64,000 bases of DNA from assembly GCA_965205425.1 (NCBI GenBank), contig CBDBGZ010000009.1, positions 704,001 through 768,000 on the forward strand, read 5' to 3'. This DNA comes from Nitrosopumilus sp. GTDB taxonomy: Archaea; Thermoproteota; Nitrososphaeria; Nitrososphaerales; Nitrosopumilaceae. This document shows, in pieces, positions 1-9,820 of the stretch. The notes beneath the pieces are model-generated. The model did not search any database. It was given only the letters and a program-made list of their open reading frames with translations, and was not told the origin of the DNA. The translations under genes and the position numbers were made by a program. Position 1 is the first letter of the stretch; every line of letters begins with the position of its first letter.

Positions 1-351
1 AAAAATATTCTAGAATGTTGTTTGAGTATGATTGACTCTCATGATGAACTCAAAAAAGAACTTAATGCGGAAAATATTGATGAGTTAGATTACAAAATTA
101 GTGCAACGTATGGTTCTGTAAAAGTAGCAAAGAGCACTACATCAAAGATTTCAGATATTTTTGGACCTACAGTCAATAGATGTTTTAAAATAAATTCACT
201 GTGTCCAAAAAATAGTATTGTAGTTGGCATTAACTTGTATGAAATTTTGAAAGAATTTGATGAATACGAATTTACACAATTTTGCTCTATTGAAATGAAG
301 AAAAAATATGGCTACAGTATTTTTGAAGTAAAAAGAAGAAAACAGTATTAG
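1..351 (+). CDS. Class III adenylate/guanylate cyclase-like protein, C-terminal part (5' end outside the window)
   Basis: Frame is open from base 1; motifs YKISATYG and DIFGPTVNRCFKIN resemble the class III nucleotidyl cyclase core. Confidence 0.7.
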   Translation, partial: KNILECCLSMIDSHDELKKELNAENIDELDYKISATYGSVKVAKSTTSKISDIFGPTVNRCFKINSLCPKNSIVVGINLYEILKEFDEYEFTQFCSIEMKKKYGYSIFEVKRRKQY

Positions 352-404
352 AAAAGATTATCAAAAATATTTTTTAATCTAAAAACAAGTATTTGAGGCT
401 AGAT

Positions 405-767
405 TTAGCTATTATTTGCTATTTTTTGTGCATCAAGTGCCGCATGAATAAAATCGATTATTTTCAAATAATCGGCTCTTGGTTCGGTACTAAGCATAAA
501 TAATTCATTTGAATTAATTGGAATGCTGATCATGGTAACTAGTTCATATTCTGTGATTGATGATTTTTCAGACCCAATTTTGTATGCCAAATTAGTGTAT
601 AGATCTCTTTTTTGTAAAGCATAATGAATTGACATGTTAACCTCATCGCCAACTAATATTTTCTCAACATTTTCTTTATGTCCACCTGCAATCATCTCAC
701 CTTTACTATTTGCAACACCTGCAAATCTGACTTGCGAATCTAAATCAAGTACTTGAGACTTGGGCAT
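405..767 (-). CDS. Conserved thaumarchaeal roadblock/longin-like small protein, N-terminus altered by the adjacent IS
   Basis: LDLDSQVRFAGVANSKG motif; the ATG (765-767) lies inside the IS terminal repeat. Confidence 0.6.
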   Translation of the reverse strand: MPKSQVLDLDSQVRFAGVANSKGEMIAGGHKENVEKILVGDEVNMSIHYALQKRDLYTNLAYKIGSEKSSITEYELVTMISIPINSNELFMLSTEPRADYLKIIDFIHAALDAQKIANNS

Positions 768-1919
768 AATGATTTATAAAAATAATTTACAAAAATAATT
801 TCCAATATTTCTCTAACAGCAAAGCATTCTCTTTACAGTTCTTGGATTCTCTGCTCCAATTATACAGTTGTAGTAAACTATCAACTGATACACAAGAACA
901 CAAACCAACACAAATGATTTTACGTTGTCAAATCCTTTCACATGTACAGTTCTAATGTTGAACGTATCTTTGAATATTTCAAATAAAGGTTCAATTGAAA
1001 CTTTTCTTTGTGAGTACAACTCTTGACCTTGTACATAATTATAAAAATCTGCAAGTTTGATTCGCTCTGGCGGTGTTGATGGATATATTTTGATAGGACA
1101 AATCAATCTCAAATGTCTCCCATCACTAAACTGATATAATGATTTATCATCATATGGCACATCACATAGAACATTTTCAACTAGTCCTGCAAGTGGTTCA
1201 ACTAGTGTTTCAAACATTTTACCATCAGAAACATTTGTAGTTGAGACATCAGCAGATAGTGGGACAACCAGTTTGCCAGTACTACAACTCATATGCAGTT
1301 TGTACCCAAATATCCAACCCTTTGATTTTGAAAAACCCCATTTTGTATCAGTATCAATTCCTGGAATTGGTAAACGATTATTCTTCATGTCAGATTTGTG
1401 CCATACTGGACCTTTTGCTTTTAGTAATGATGAATCAACTGATGCAGATATGTCATCGACTAGTTTCTCTGATACAAACAGACTTCCCATATTACTGATT
1501 ATATCACTAATTGGCAGAACTTGGAATCGTCTGTCAATGGTTCTTCTGTTTGGAATTTGAGTTAATCTGCAAACCTTGAGCAGTTTGTCATTGGAAGGTT
1601 TGATTGAAAGGAAATAATGAAATGTGTTGTTGCTTGGTATTCTCATTGATGACTTTATGATGAACAATTGCACCATCTGGATGGTTGGATACACGTATGG
1701 TCTATGCCCGATCTGAATACTTCCTCATACAAAGACAACATTCCCACCAAATGTAACACGCCAATAAGAAATGATTCCGATAGAATCTTGCCTAGGGATT
1801 TTCATTTGTTTGGACATCATTCCAATAAACAAAACATGATAAGATCCTTAGCTTTTTTGATGGAAGAAATTTGAGAATTGACTCAAAAATTAGAATTAAT
1901 TATGCCCATGTCTCAAGTA
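750..1919 (-). mobile_element. IS element with an IS4/IS5-superfamily DDE transposase
   Basis: 21-bp terminal inverted repeats 750-770 (tacttgagacttgggcataat) and 1899-1919 (attatgcccatgtctcaagta), one mismatch; the outer TA may be a target duplication. Confidence 0.85.
813..1694 (-). CDS. DDE transposase (DDE_Tnp_1-like); 5' part up to about 1820 appears frameshifted
   Basis: VDSS, WIFGYKLH, LCDVPYD and YSQRKVSIEPLF motifs. Confidence 0.8.
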   Translation of the reverse strand: MYPTIQMVQLFIIKSSMRIPSNNTFHYFLSIKPSNDKLLKVCRLTQIPNRRTIDRRFQVLPISDIISNMGSLFVSEKLVDDISASVDSSLLKAKGPVWHKSDMKNNRLPIPGIDTDTKWGFSKSKGWIFGYKLHMSCSTGKLVVPLSADVSTTNVSDGKMFETLVEPLAGLVENVLCDVPYDDKSLYQFSDGRHLRLICPIKIYPSTPPERIKLADFYNYVQGQELYSQRKVSIEPLFEIFKDTFNIRTVHVKGFDNVKSFVLVCVLVYQLIVYYNCIIGAENPRTVKRMLCC

Positions 1920-1971
1920 TCTCAAATTCTTGTGAAGATTAATATCTTCAGAACATTTACAAAAACTGTTA

Positions 1972-3336
1972 ATGATTAGAGAAAAATTTCTCATTGTCGG
2001 AAGTGGAGGACGTGAAAGCGCTTTTGCAATGCGACTCATGCAGGATACTGAAGTTTATGCAGTCATGGCCCACAAAAATCCACTCATTGTAGATTGTGTG
2101 ATACAGTCTGGTGGAAAATATTTGGTGAGCAATGCTGATGATCCAGAAACAGTTTTAGAATTTGCAAAAGAGAACAACATAGACTATACTTTTGTGAGTG
2201 CTGACCAGCCTTTGGCCAATGGTGTAATTGACATACTACTGGAAAATAATTTTAAAGCAATTGGTGGAACAAAGGATGCAACACGCATAGAATGGGACAA
2301 AGTATACTCCATCCAAATAATGCAAAAAGTCTGCCCTGAATTTACTCCATTTTACAAAACAGTATCAAAGGTTGAAGAATTACAAGATGCAATAAAATCA
2401 TTTGAATCCAAAGGATTAGAAATAGTGGTAAAACCGCAGGGACTTACTGGCGGCAAAGGCGTAAAGGTAATGCCTGAGCATCTCTTGACATATCAGGATT
2501 GTGAAAAATATGCTTCTTCACTTTTTAAGAAAAATCCAGACGAAAAAGTATTGCTCGTAGAGAAACTAAAAGGAATAGAGTTTACAATCATGGGAATTAC
2601 TGACGGGCAACATCTCGTGGTATCTCCTGCAAGCTATGACTATCCATTCAGATATGAGGGAGATTGTGGTGCTGGAACTGGTGGCATGGGCTGCTTTACC
2701 AATTCAGAAAAGAAACTGCCATTTATGAGTCAAAAGGACTTGGATGACTGCACATACATCATGCAAAAAATAATTGATGAGATGAAATCTGAAAACCTAT
2801 TTTTCAATGGTGTACTTAATGGAGGATTTTTCAAAACCAAACAGGGCATAAGGTTCATGGAGTTTAACGGACGTTTTGGAGATCCAGAAGGGTTAAACAT
2901 ACTCAGTATTCTTGAGGGGTCATTTTCAGAATTACTGATACATATTTGGAACAAGACATTATCAGAAAATGTAGTTTCATTTGTCAAAAAGGCAAGCGTC
3001 GTAAAATATCTAGTGGCAAAAGAATACCCTGAGCAAAGTGGCAATGCAACATCTTTTAGTATAGATGAAGGTGCAATGATTGAGAAAGGAATAAAGATAT
3101 TCTTTGCATCATGTATCAAAACTGGAACACACCAATATGAAACTCTAAAAAAATCCAGAGTTTGTGCATTTAGTACGATTTCAGATAATATAGAAACTGC
3201 ATCATCAATCATAAACAAGGCAATTGATTCACATGTCACATATGTACAAGAAAACAAGCTAGAATATAGATCAGATATAGGTTCTCAAAAGAGCTTGGAG
3301 AAACTAAAATCAATATCAAGGCAGATGGTCAACTAA
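1972..3336 (+). CDS. purD: Phosphoribosylamine--glycine ligase
   Basis: GSGGRE, VVKPQGLTGGKGV, GTGGMG and EFNGRFGDPE motifs. Confidence 0.9.
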   Translation: MIREKFLIVGSGGRESAFAMRLMQDTEVYAVMAHKNPLIVDCVIQSGGKYLVSNADDPETVLEFAKENNIDYTFVSADQPLANGVIDILLENNFKAIGGTKDATRIEWDKVYSIQIMQKVCPEFTPFYKTVSKVEELQDAIKSFESKGLEIVVKPQGLTGGKGVKVMPEHLLTYQDCEKYASSLFKKNPDEKVLLVEKLKGIEFTIMGITDGQHLVVSPASYDYPFRYEGDCGAGTGGMGCFTNSEKKLPFMSQKDLDDCTYIMQKIIDEMKSENLFFNGVLNGGFFKTKQGIRFMEFNGRFGDPEGLNILSILEGSFSELLIHIWNKTLSENVVSFVKKASVVKYLVAKEYPEQSGNATSFSIDEGAMIEKGIKIFFASCIKTGTHQYETLKKSRVCAFSTISDNIETASSIINKAIDSHVTYVQENKLEYRSDIGSQKSLEKLKSISRQMVN

Positions 3337-3423
3337 GAATTTTAATTAGTTCAATTAACCTACTTTGATCAAAACTAGACATATTTTCGAGGAGTGATGA
3401 ATTTGGAGATTCAGTTTAGATTG

Positions 3424-3548
3424 AACAGTGTAGAATTTTTTTACACTGTTAATTGGCTGAGACCCTTTCGATAATTTTCATACAAATACATATTATAAAA
3501 GTTATACAGTGTTTTAAGATTTTTTAATACTTATATTCTAAAACACTG
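3424..3548. promoter_or_regulatory. Two inverted-repeat pairs (core CAGTGT...ACACTG) upstream of the Fic gene
   Basis: aacagtgta 3424-3432 / tacactgtt 3442-3450; cagtgtttta 3507-3516 / taaaacactg 3539-3548. Confidence 0.4.
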
Positions 3549-3556
3549 GATATACT

Positions 3557-4417
3557 ATGATGGCTTCAATCATCAACCGCAAGAAGGGAAAAAGTACTTA
3601 CTATTATCTAATCCACAACACAGGAAAAATTCAACATGAAAAATATCTAGGCAAAATAAAACCAAAAAATGTTGAAAAAATCAAGAGAGAGTTCTTGTTA
3701 TCATTATGGTGTGAGGATTGGGAAATAAATCTAAGGAAGATCAAGAAAGGATATTCTGCACAGGCTAAAACATCAATTAAAGACCATCTAAAAGAATTTT
3801 CTTTGTTATTTACACATGATTCCCAAAAAATTGAAGGCTCAACACTGACAAAAAAAGAAACTTTCAACTTACTCCGATTTTCATTAACTCCAAGTAACAA
3901 ACCAGAACATGACATGATGGAGGCAAAAAAACATCACAAAGTGTATCTGCAAATGCTAGAATCAATGCCCAAACTAACTGAAAAGACAATATTGTCATGG
4001 CACAACGAAATGTTTGATAAAACAAAACCAGAGTTTGCAGGAAAATATAGAAAAGATGCCGTATTTGTAACAAACAGCGAATCAACATTTCCTCATTGGA
4101 AATTTATACCCCGATTTATCAAACATTTTCTAAAAGAATACAGGGAATTAAAAAATACCAAACCAGTTCAATTAGCTGGCATTATTCATTTTAGATTTGT
4201 AAGTATACATCCATTTGGAGATGGAAATGGCAGAGTTTCAAGAATGATCATGAATTACATATTAATAGATAATGACTTTCCGCCACTTAACATAAAATAT
4301 TCTGATAGAGAGGGATACTACAAATCATTAGAAAAAGGACAAGTAGAGGAAAACGAGATTCACTTTCTAAAATGGTTCATGAAATATTATATAAAATCAA
4401 ACAAAAAATACATGTAA
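3557..4417 (+). CDS. Fic-domain protein (class II, with N-terminal inhibitory motif)
   Basis: Canonical HPFGDGNGRVSR motif; SQKIEGS matches (S/T)xxxE(G/N). Confidence 0.9.
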   Translation: MMASIINRKKGKSTYYYLIHNTGKIQHEKYLGKIKPKNVEKIKREFLLSLWCEDWEINLRKIKKGYSAQAKTSIKDHLKEFSLLFTHDSQKIEGSTLTKKETFNLLRFSLTPSNKPEHDMMEAKKHHKVYLQMLESMPKLTEKTILSWHNEMFDKTKPEFAGKYRKDAVFVTNSESTFPHWKFIPRFIKHFLKEYRELKNTKPVQLAGIIHFRFVSIHPFGDGNGRVSRMIMNYILIDNDFPPLNIKYSDREGYYKSLEKGQVEENEIHFLKWFMKYYIKSNKKYM

Positions 4418-4941
4418 ATTGTCTAATTCTGATCAATGTAATTGTCAATTGAAGACACAATGGTATTTAATTGCCTTAAACAATGATCATTTGATTTTGA
4501 CTGCAATCACCAAATAAACTATTTTACTAAAATTGCATTTGTTACTCTTTTTCGAGAAATCCTGAATTTAGATTTTAAAGAATACAGTAAGCGATTTTCA
4601 GGATTCGCAAGTTTCTATTCATCAGGCTCAAAAAACCTGTTTTCCATGCATCATCAGTAAAATTATCTTGTATATGTACAAGATCGAAAAGTTTTGTATT
4701 GCAAGCTGGACATATAGGAGCTGTTTTTGTTGATTTTTTGAGCTTTAGTTTGCTATATGAGAGAGTACCAAACCAAACAAAAGAATGCTGACGTTTCTTC
4801 TCTGAAAATAATAGATGATTATGTAGTTGATGGTATTCGCGTACTAATCTCTTTTTTTAATCCATCACCAAATGAAATAATAATTTAAGACACGACTACG
4901 CCTTTTATTCAAAACAGTCAAACTTGAAACTAGATGTATAG

Positions 4942-5762
4942 TATAGCGACGATCAAAAGTTCGCAAACATCTTTGCAGGATTTCTAAAGATATAATTTGC
5001 AACATCAAGCTTGAACTTTGTTACTCTAAAATATTTTGACACTATACCATTCATCATCGCAAACATTGCATAATATTCTGATACCAACAACTCATACTTG
5101 CTTATCTTCCAACACTGTTCTATCATGTTCAAGTACGGTGATCCTTTTGGCAACCATATTAGTTTGACATCTCTATTGTTTGCAAGATATTCTTTTACTT
5201 TTTTTGATTTATGAACTGATGCTCGGTCTAGCATGATTGCAATCTTGCCGTATTTCCAGTGCAACTCCTTTGGATACTCCACAAATGTTACAGCATTGAA
5301 TTTATCATAAACTCTAAACAGTTGACTGTTATTTTCCGTAATTGTTCCATATACTGCCAAGCTTTCATGATTCCCCGTATATGGAAGAAATATTCTCTTT
5401 GCAACTTTTGACCAATATTTTTTTCCTGTCTTTGCATCCCTTAGAAAAAATGCCTCATCAGCCATTGCAATGATAAATCCATTCTTTTTTAGGCGTGAAA
5501 TTCTCTTTCTGATGCGTTGCTGCCAGCTTCGCACAGCAGATACACTTGCATGGTTGATGTGATATTTTTGTGCAGTTTTTGCAGATATCATACTGATGCA
5601 TTATCTTTCTGATGTGAGTAATGTGAAATTTCACTCTAATGGAATAAGATATTGCTTGCTGTAGCATCACAGGAGTAAACAAAGTTAGCATTGCCTTTGA
5701 CATTATGCAATCCATTTTCTTCTTTGAAATTCTCCTTGGTCTTCCACACCTTGGGTGGTCGT
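4942..5762 (-). pseudogene. IS630-family transposase remnant with its right end; frameshifted near 5590 and 5'-truncated by the ISH3 element
   Basis: MADEAFF, LDRASVH and WLPKGSPYLNMIEQCW motifs; GRPRRIS upstream in another frame; end sequence tatagcga at 4942. Confidence 0.85.
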
Positions 5763-7082
5763 CAGTAGATGGGAAAGTAACTCAATTTAGATCAAAAACT
5801 ATCAATTATTCAATCAATCTATTCAGATAGAAAAAGCTTGATGGAAGTATGTCACTCCATCAAATATGCATTGTACTTCATTTGATACCATGACACACCA
5901 AGGCGTGATACTATCTAAAGCATTTGAGATTATCACTAAAATAATGTACAATATCTTATTGTTTCCATGCTCTAGTAAAAATAACTCACGGTTCCACAAT
6001 GCAGATGCACATAATTCTATCATGTCATTGTGTTTGGGAAATTCATATTCTGAATCTGGATTAAAGAGACTGGCAATGGAATCAGATAATGCTTCTCCAA
6101 CTGGTTTCATGGTTGAGAAAAATCATATCAAAAATATCACAAAAAACAATGCAAATTCAATTACATCGTTCACTAGATAGTACCATATCAAAATTACAAG
6201 AATTGGGAGTATTGGAGCAACCAGTTACTGTGGCAATTGACAAACATCTAATCCCAAGATATGACAAATTGCCAAATCATTCTTTAATAAAATCAAAATC
6301 TAAAAACAGTACTACTCATTTTGAGAGTTACTGCACCATGCAGTGCGTTGAAAAAAGAATCAGGGCTCAATTAGGTTGTTATCCTTTGTATGACAACATA
6401 TCAAATGCCGGTTTTGTGCGTAAATTACTCTCTGATGGCATCAATAATGGAATCAAGATTAAACTATTGCTAGTGGATAGGGAGTTTTTCACAGCTGGAA
6501 CAATTTCAGAAATAAAACAAAAGAATTTAAAATTTCTAATGCCTGCAAAAAAGAATTCTCGAATCAAAGATGCCATTTTACAATACGTTAATGGAGATAG
6601 AAAATCAATCTCGCCATACACAATAAAATCATCATCAGGACATGTAGAATCATTTAATCTAGTTATTCTACCAAACAAAAATGCAAGAAAAAAATCAAAT
6701 ATTATTGATCAGTATGTTGTGTTTGCAACAAACGTTTCACCAAAAGAAATATCATATAACATACAAAACATTCCAACTGATTACAAGAAACGTTGGGGGA
6801 TTGAAACAGGCTATGCATGTGTGGGAAGGTTCAGACCAAAAACCACCAGTTCAAACCAATCCATAAGATTGTTGTATTTTTACTATTCATTGATTTTGTA
6901 CAATGCATGGATAATTGCTAATTTGATTATCTCAGAAGAAACCAATGTAAAAAATTACAAACCAATAATATCAATTGAAATTCTCAAATATTTCTTTGTA
7001 AAGATAATTATTCATTACTTTAGAAATAACAAAAATAATTATTTCCTAGAATGTGTAATTTGATGTACTTTCCCATCTACTG
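5763..7082 (+). mobile_element. ISH3-family insertion sequence
   Basis: Perfect 17-bp TIRs cagtagatgggaaagta (5763-5779) / tactttcccatctactg (7066-7082); no target duplication visible. Confidence 0.85.
5866..7063 (+). pseudogene. ISH3-family transposase, frameshifted near 6105
   Basis: Overlapping ORFs 5866-6180 and 6089-7063; VAIDKH, LLVDREF and YKKRWGIETGY motifs. Confidence 0.8.
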
Positions 7083-7183
7083 GATATTGTCACAAAATTT
7101 AGTTACGTACAAAAACTCAATGGTGTAATGATTTTTTGAAATTATGCCTAAGTGTTAACCCCTCTAAAATTTTCAGAAAATAG

Positions 7184-7226
7184 AAAAAAAGGCTAGTTCA
7201 GTGGAGAACTAACTCGATCGTCAACC
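7184..7226 (-). repeat. Inverted partial copy of the 5' half of the adjacent tRNA-like gene, followed by a T7 tract (putative terminator) on the minus strand
   Basis: Plus strand tagttcagtggagaactaactcgatcgtcaacc versus tRNA sense tagtttagtggtataactttcgatcgtcaatt; A7 at 7184-7190. Confidence 0.7.
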
Positions 7227-7260
7227 ACATTGTATTGATAGTTTTTCTAATTAAACATTG

Positions 7261-7332
7261 TGGAGACGTCGGGATTTGAACCCGAGACCTTTCAATTGAC
7301 GATCGAAAGTTATACCACTAAACTACGTCCCC
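7261..7332 (-). tRNA. tRNA-like gene: alanine-type acceptor stem (G3:U70, A73) with an atypical anticodon loop UC-GUC-AA (nominally Asp, C33)
   Basis: GGGGACG/CGTCTCC-A acceptor stem, TCGGG-TTCAAAT-CCCGA T-arm, TTCGA/TTGAA anticodon stem; 72-nt cloverleaf. Confidence 0.85.
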
Positions 7333-7376
7333 ACAAAAATAATTGAACCATATCAGTTTTAGTTGTTTTGAAAAAT

Positions 7377-7708
7377 CTATTTTTCTTTTATCTTGGTTTT
7401 TTTAATCAAATGATAGGATTTTGAACTTTTTCCAGTACTGGCAAATCGAGGCAAATTTTTTGGAGTCAATTTATCAAGTTCGACAAGAATTTTTGTTTGC
7501 AGTTGTCTCAAGTCTTTATCAGAAAGTTTGAGCCAATCTGAAAATGCGTTATTTTCATTTTTTTAAAATCCTCATCAGAGATTTCAGGATCACCTAAAAA
7601 TTCTTGCAAATCAAAATCCTCATCAAGTTTATGAAATTTATGATTTACAACATGTTTTAGTTTTTGAATAATTGTAAACATTGCAAGATCTTTTACGTCA
7701 ATTTCCAT
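7377..7708 (-). pseudogene. Hypothetical protein, apparently frameshifted at an A7 run (7558-7564)
   Basis: ORF 7508-7708 continues in another frame (NENNAFSDWLKLSDKDL...) to a stop at 7377. Confidence 0.4.
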
Positions 7709-7968
7709 ATTTTGTATATCATAATTTAAAATAAAAACCCAAAAAACAAGTGATTTTTCTTAAGATTTGTATCGTAAACCCATGGTTTCAGAGTAAAATT
7801 AGCATGTTAAAGATTGATTTATGCGTAAAAAGAAATTCAAAAATTACTTTGCTGTAGAGATTTTTGTTATTCCTATAATGAGCACTATCTATACCTTGGA
7901 GGCATAATTCTTTGCAATTTTTCAAAACAAATAGCAATATTTTTTCATCAGTAGTTAGAAATGATTTC

Positions 7969-8200
7969 ATGAACATCACAAATGACGAGTTACTCCAGGC
8001 CTACAAAAAAGAAAAGTACGGTAAGAAAAAGGAAAGACTGCATGCAATGTGTATAATTAAGATCAACAAATCTACAATTGCTGAAACTGCCAACCAAATG
8101 TTTTGTACATAACCATATGTGCCAAAATCAGCTAGGAAATTAGATGGTACTTGCATTCGTATCAAGAAAGTAAGAAATGCAAACAAACACACTACCCTTC
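7969..8200 (+). pseudogene. N-terminal HTH fragment of an IS630-like transposase
   Basis: ELLQAYKKEK...KERLHA...AETA pattern followed by a stop. Confidence 0.5.
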
Positions 8201-8231
8201 CTGAAAAAAAATATTTGATGTTTGTAGGATT

Positions 8232-8490
8232 GGATGTTCCCAAGAGAATTCTCAAGTAGTATGATGGCAACATTACAAGTGATTCGTATCCTGCATGGAA
8301 CCATGTTGGAACAACTCACCAGAAATGTCACATCCATTATCTCAGAGAGGTTAATGATACCATTAATCACAAGAATCCCGGACCAGAATTTGCACCATTT
8401 GCCAAGAATCTCAAGAAAATAATTTATGACTCTCATGGTGTGGCAAAAATAAAATCAGAATCAGAAAGAATCCATGCAAAAAAGAATCTT
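8232..8490 (+). pseudogene. IS66-family transposase internal fragment
   Basis: Frame not in the ORF track reads YDGNITSDSYPAWNHVGTTHQKCHIHYLRE, matching the IS66 SDxYxxY...HQxCxxHxxR pattern; in-frame stop just upstream. Confidence 0.65.
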
Positions 8491-8566
8491 TACACTGTTC
8501 AATCTCCGGAGCTTTTCAACAGGGTGTTAAATTAGAGACTTTTTGTGTTAAGTTAGGTGCTTAATT

Positions 8567-8756
8567 CAAATCAAGTGATTTAGAATTAGCAGAGATGTGT
8601 TTAGAAACAAATTGTGCCGGTATGATGTGATAAGTGAGATTGTTTGCGGGATTGTCAATTTCAAGATAAAATGGAAAGAAGAATTTGTTGTAATTCCATA
8701 AAATTAGAAATTAAATGATAGAAAAGTTAGATTTTTGCTTGTAATTGCGCAACTCA
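8567..8756 (+). mobile_element. 3' remnant of the ISL2-like IS5-family element also found at 33673-35856
   Basis: Near-identical to the reverse complement of about 33673-33862. Confidence 0.8.
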
Positions 8757-8761
8757 ATCCA

Positions 8762-9820
8762 TTATTTGAAAAAGAAATTCCTTACTCTTTGAAATCTCGA
8801 GTCATTTATGCCGCCTAGTGTTGGGGTTGGTTTTTCAACTAGGATTCCCTGTGGCCTATACAACAAAATTGCAAGTAAAATTATTCCCAGCAACAAAAAG
8901 TCAAGCCAGACTATATCAAATGGAACAAATCCTTCAAAAGAGTCCTTAAAAAATATGATAAGCTTTCGCAGGGTAACAAAAATCAAGGTTCCAACTAGCA
9001 CACCCTTGTTATTTGCAAGTCCCCCAATGAGAATCATTAGAAACGGCCAAAATGTCCAGCTTGCTCTATCATAAGCAAATGCAATGGTCCCGCCGACATA
9101 AAATGCATACAATGCCCCGCCGATTGCTGCAAGTGCAGCTGAAATCATAATTATTTTGATTCTGGCATTTGTCGTATTTTTCCCCAAGGATTCCGCTGCT
9201 GTTTCATTGTCCCTGATTGCTTTGAGCATTCGCCCCAATGGTGAACGGAGCATCTTCTCACTATATGCATAAACTGCCATTGCAATGCACACCAGACCAA
9301 CTGTAGCTACTGAAAATCGAATCTCATCAGGCAGAAATGATAATGGATCTGGTACTTGAACTCCAAGTGTTCCACCAACTAGTGGGGCATAGTTATTTCC
9401 AATAATTCTTATGCTTTCACCAAATGCCAGTAATGTAATTGCAAGATAGTCTCCACGTAGTCTAATTGCTGGATATGATGTGAGTATTCCAATACCTCCA
9501 CCTATTACTGCTGCTATTGCCAGTGTCAGAAAGAAGATGGCAAAGCCTATCCCCACATTATCCACAAGCCACAAGTTAATTTCAGAGACAATTTGCAGAT
9601 TATCCAAAATATAGTCCCCCTTAATTTGTGCCATCTCTGCAAATATTCTACCAGGAATTGATGCTGCAACAAATGCACCGGCACCAACTGCCAAAACCTT
9701 GCCAAAGTTTGGAATTCCAGCATATCCAAACTCCATATTCAAGCTAAGATTGACAATTGCATAGACTGCAAATATTGCAAGCAAATCTACAAGGAATATT
9801 ATTTCAGTGTTTAGAGCCAT
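8762..9820 (-). CDS. livM: Branched-chain amino acid ABC transporter permease
   Basis: RLRGDYLAITLLAFGE, AIRDNETAAESLG and YRPQGI motifs. Confidence 0.85.
   Translation of the reverse strand: MALNTEIIFLVDLLAIFAVYAIVNLSLNMEFGYAGIPNFGKVLAVGAGAFVAASIPGRIFAEMAQIKGDYILDNLQIVSEINLWLVDNVGIGFAIFFLTLAIAAVIGGGIGILTSYPAIRLRGDYLAITLLAFGESIRIIGNNYAPLVGGTLGVQVPDPLSFLPDEIRFSVATVGLVCIAMAVYAYSEKMLRSPLGRMLKAIRDNETAAESLGKNTTNARIKIIMISAALAAIGGALYAFYVGGTIAFAYDRASWTFWPFLMILIGGLANNKGVLVGTLIFVTLRKLIIFFKDSFEGFVPFDIVWLDFLLLGIILLAILLYRPQGILVEKPTPTLGGINDSRFQRVRNFFFK

Noticed and set aside
4550..4890. Short inverted repeat (aatcctgaa/ttcaggatt) and a 43-codon ORF fragment
   Set aside because: Too short and degenerate to assign; no second copy seen in the window
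7184..7332. Archaeal tmRNA or split/intron-containing tRNA
   Set aside because: No tag reading frame or pseudoknot region, and no convincing bulge-helix-bulge motif; the cloverleaf is already complete
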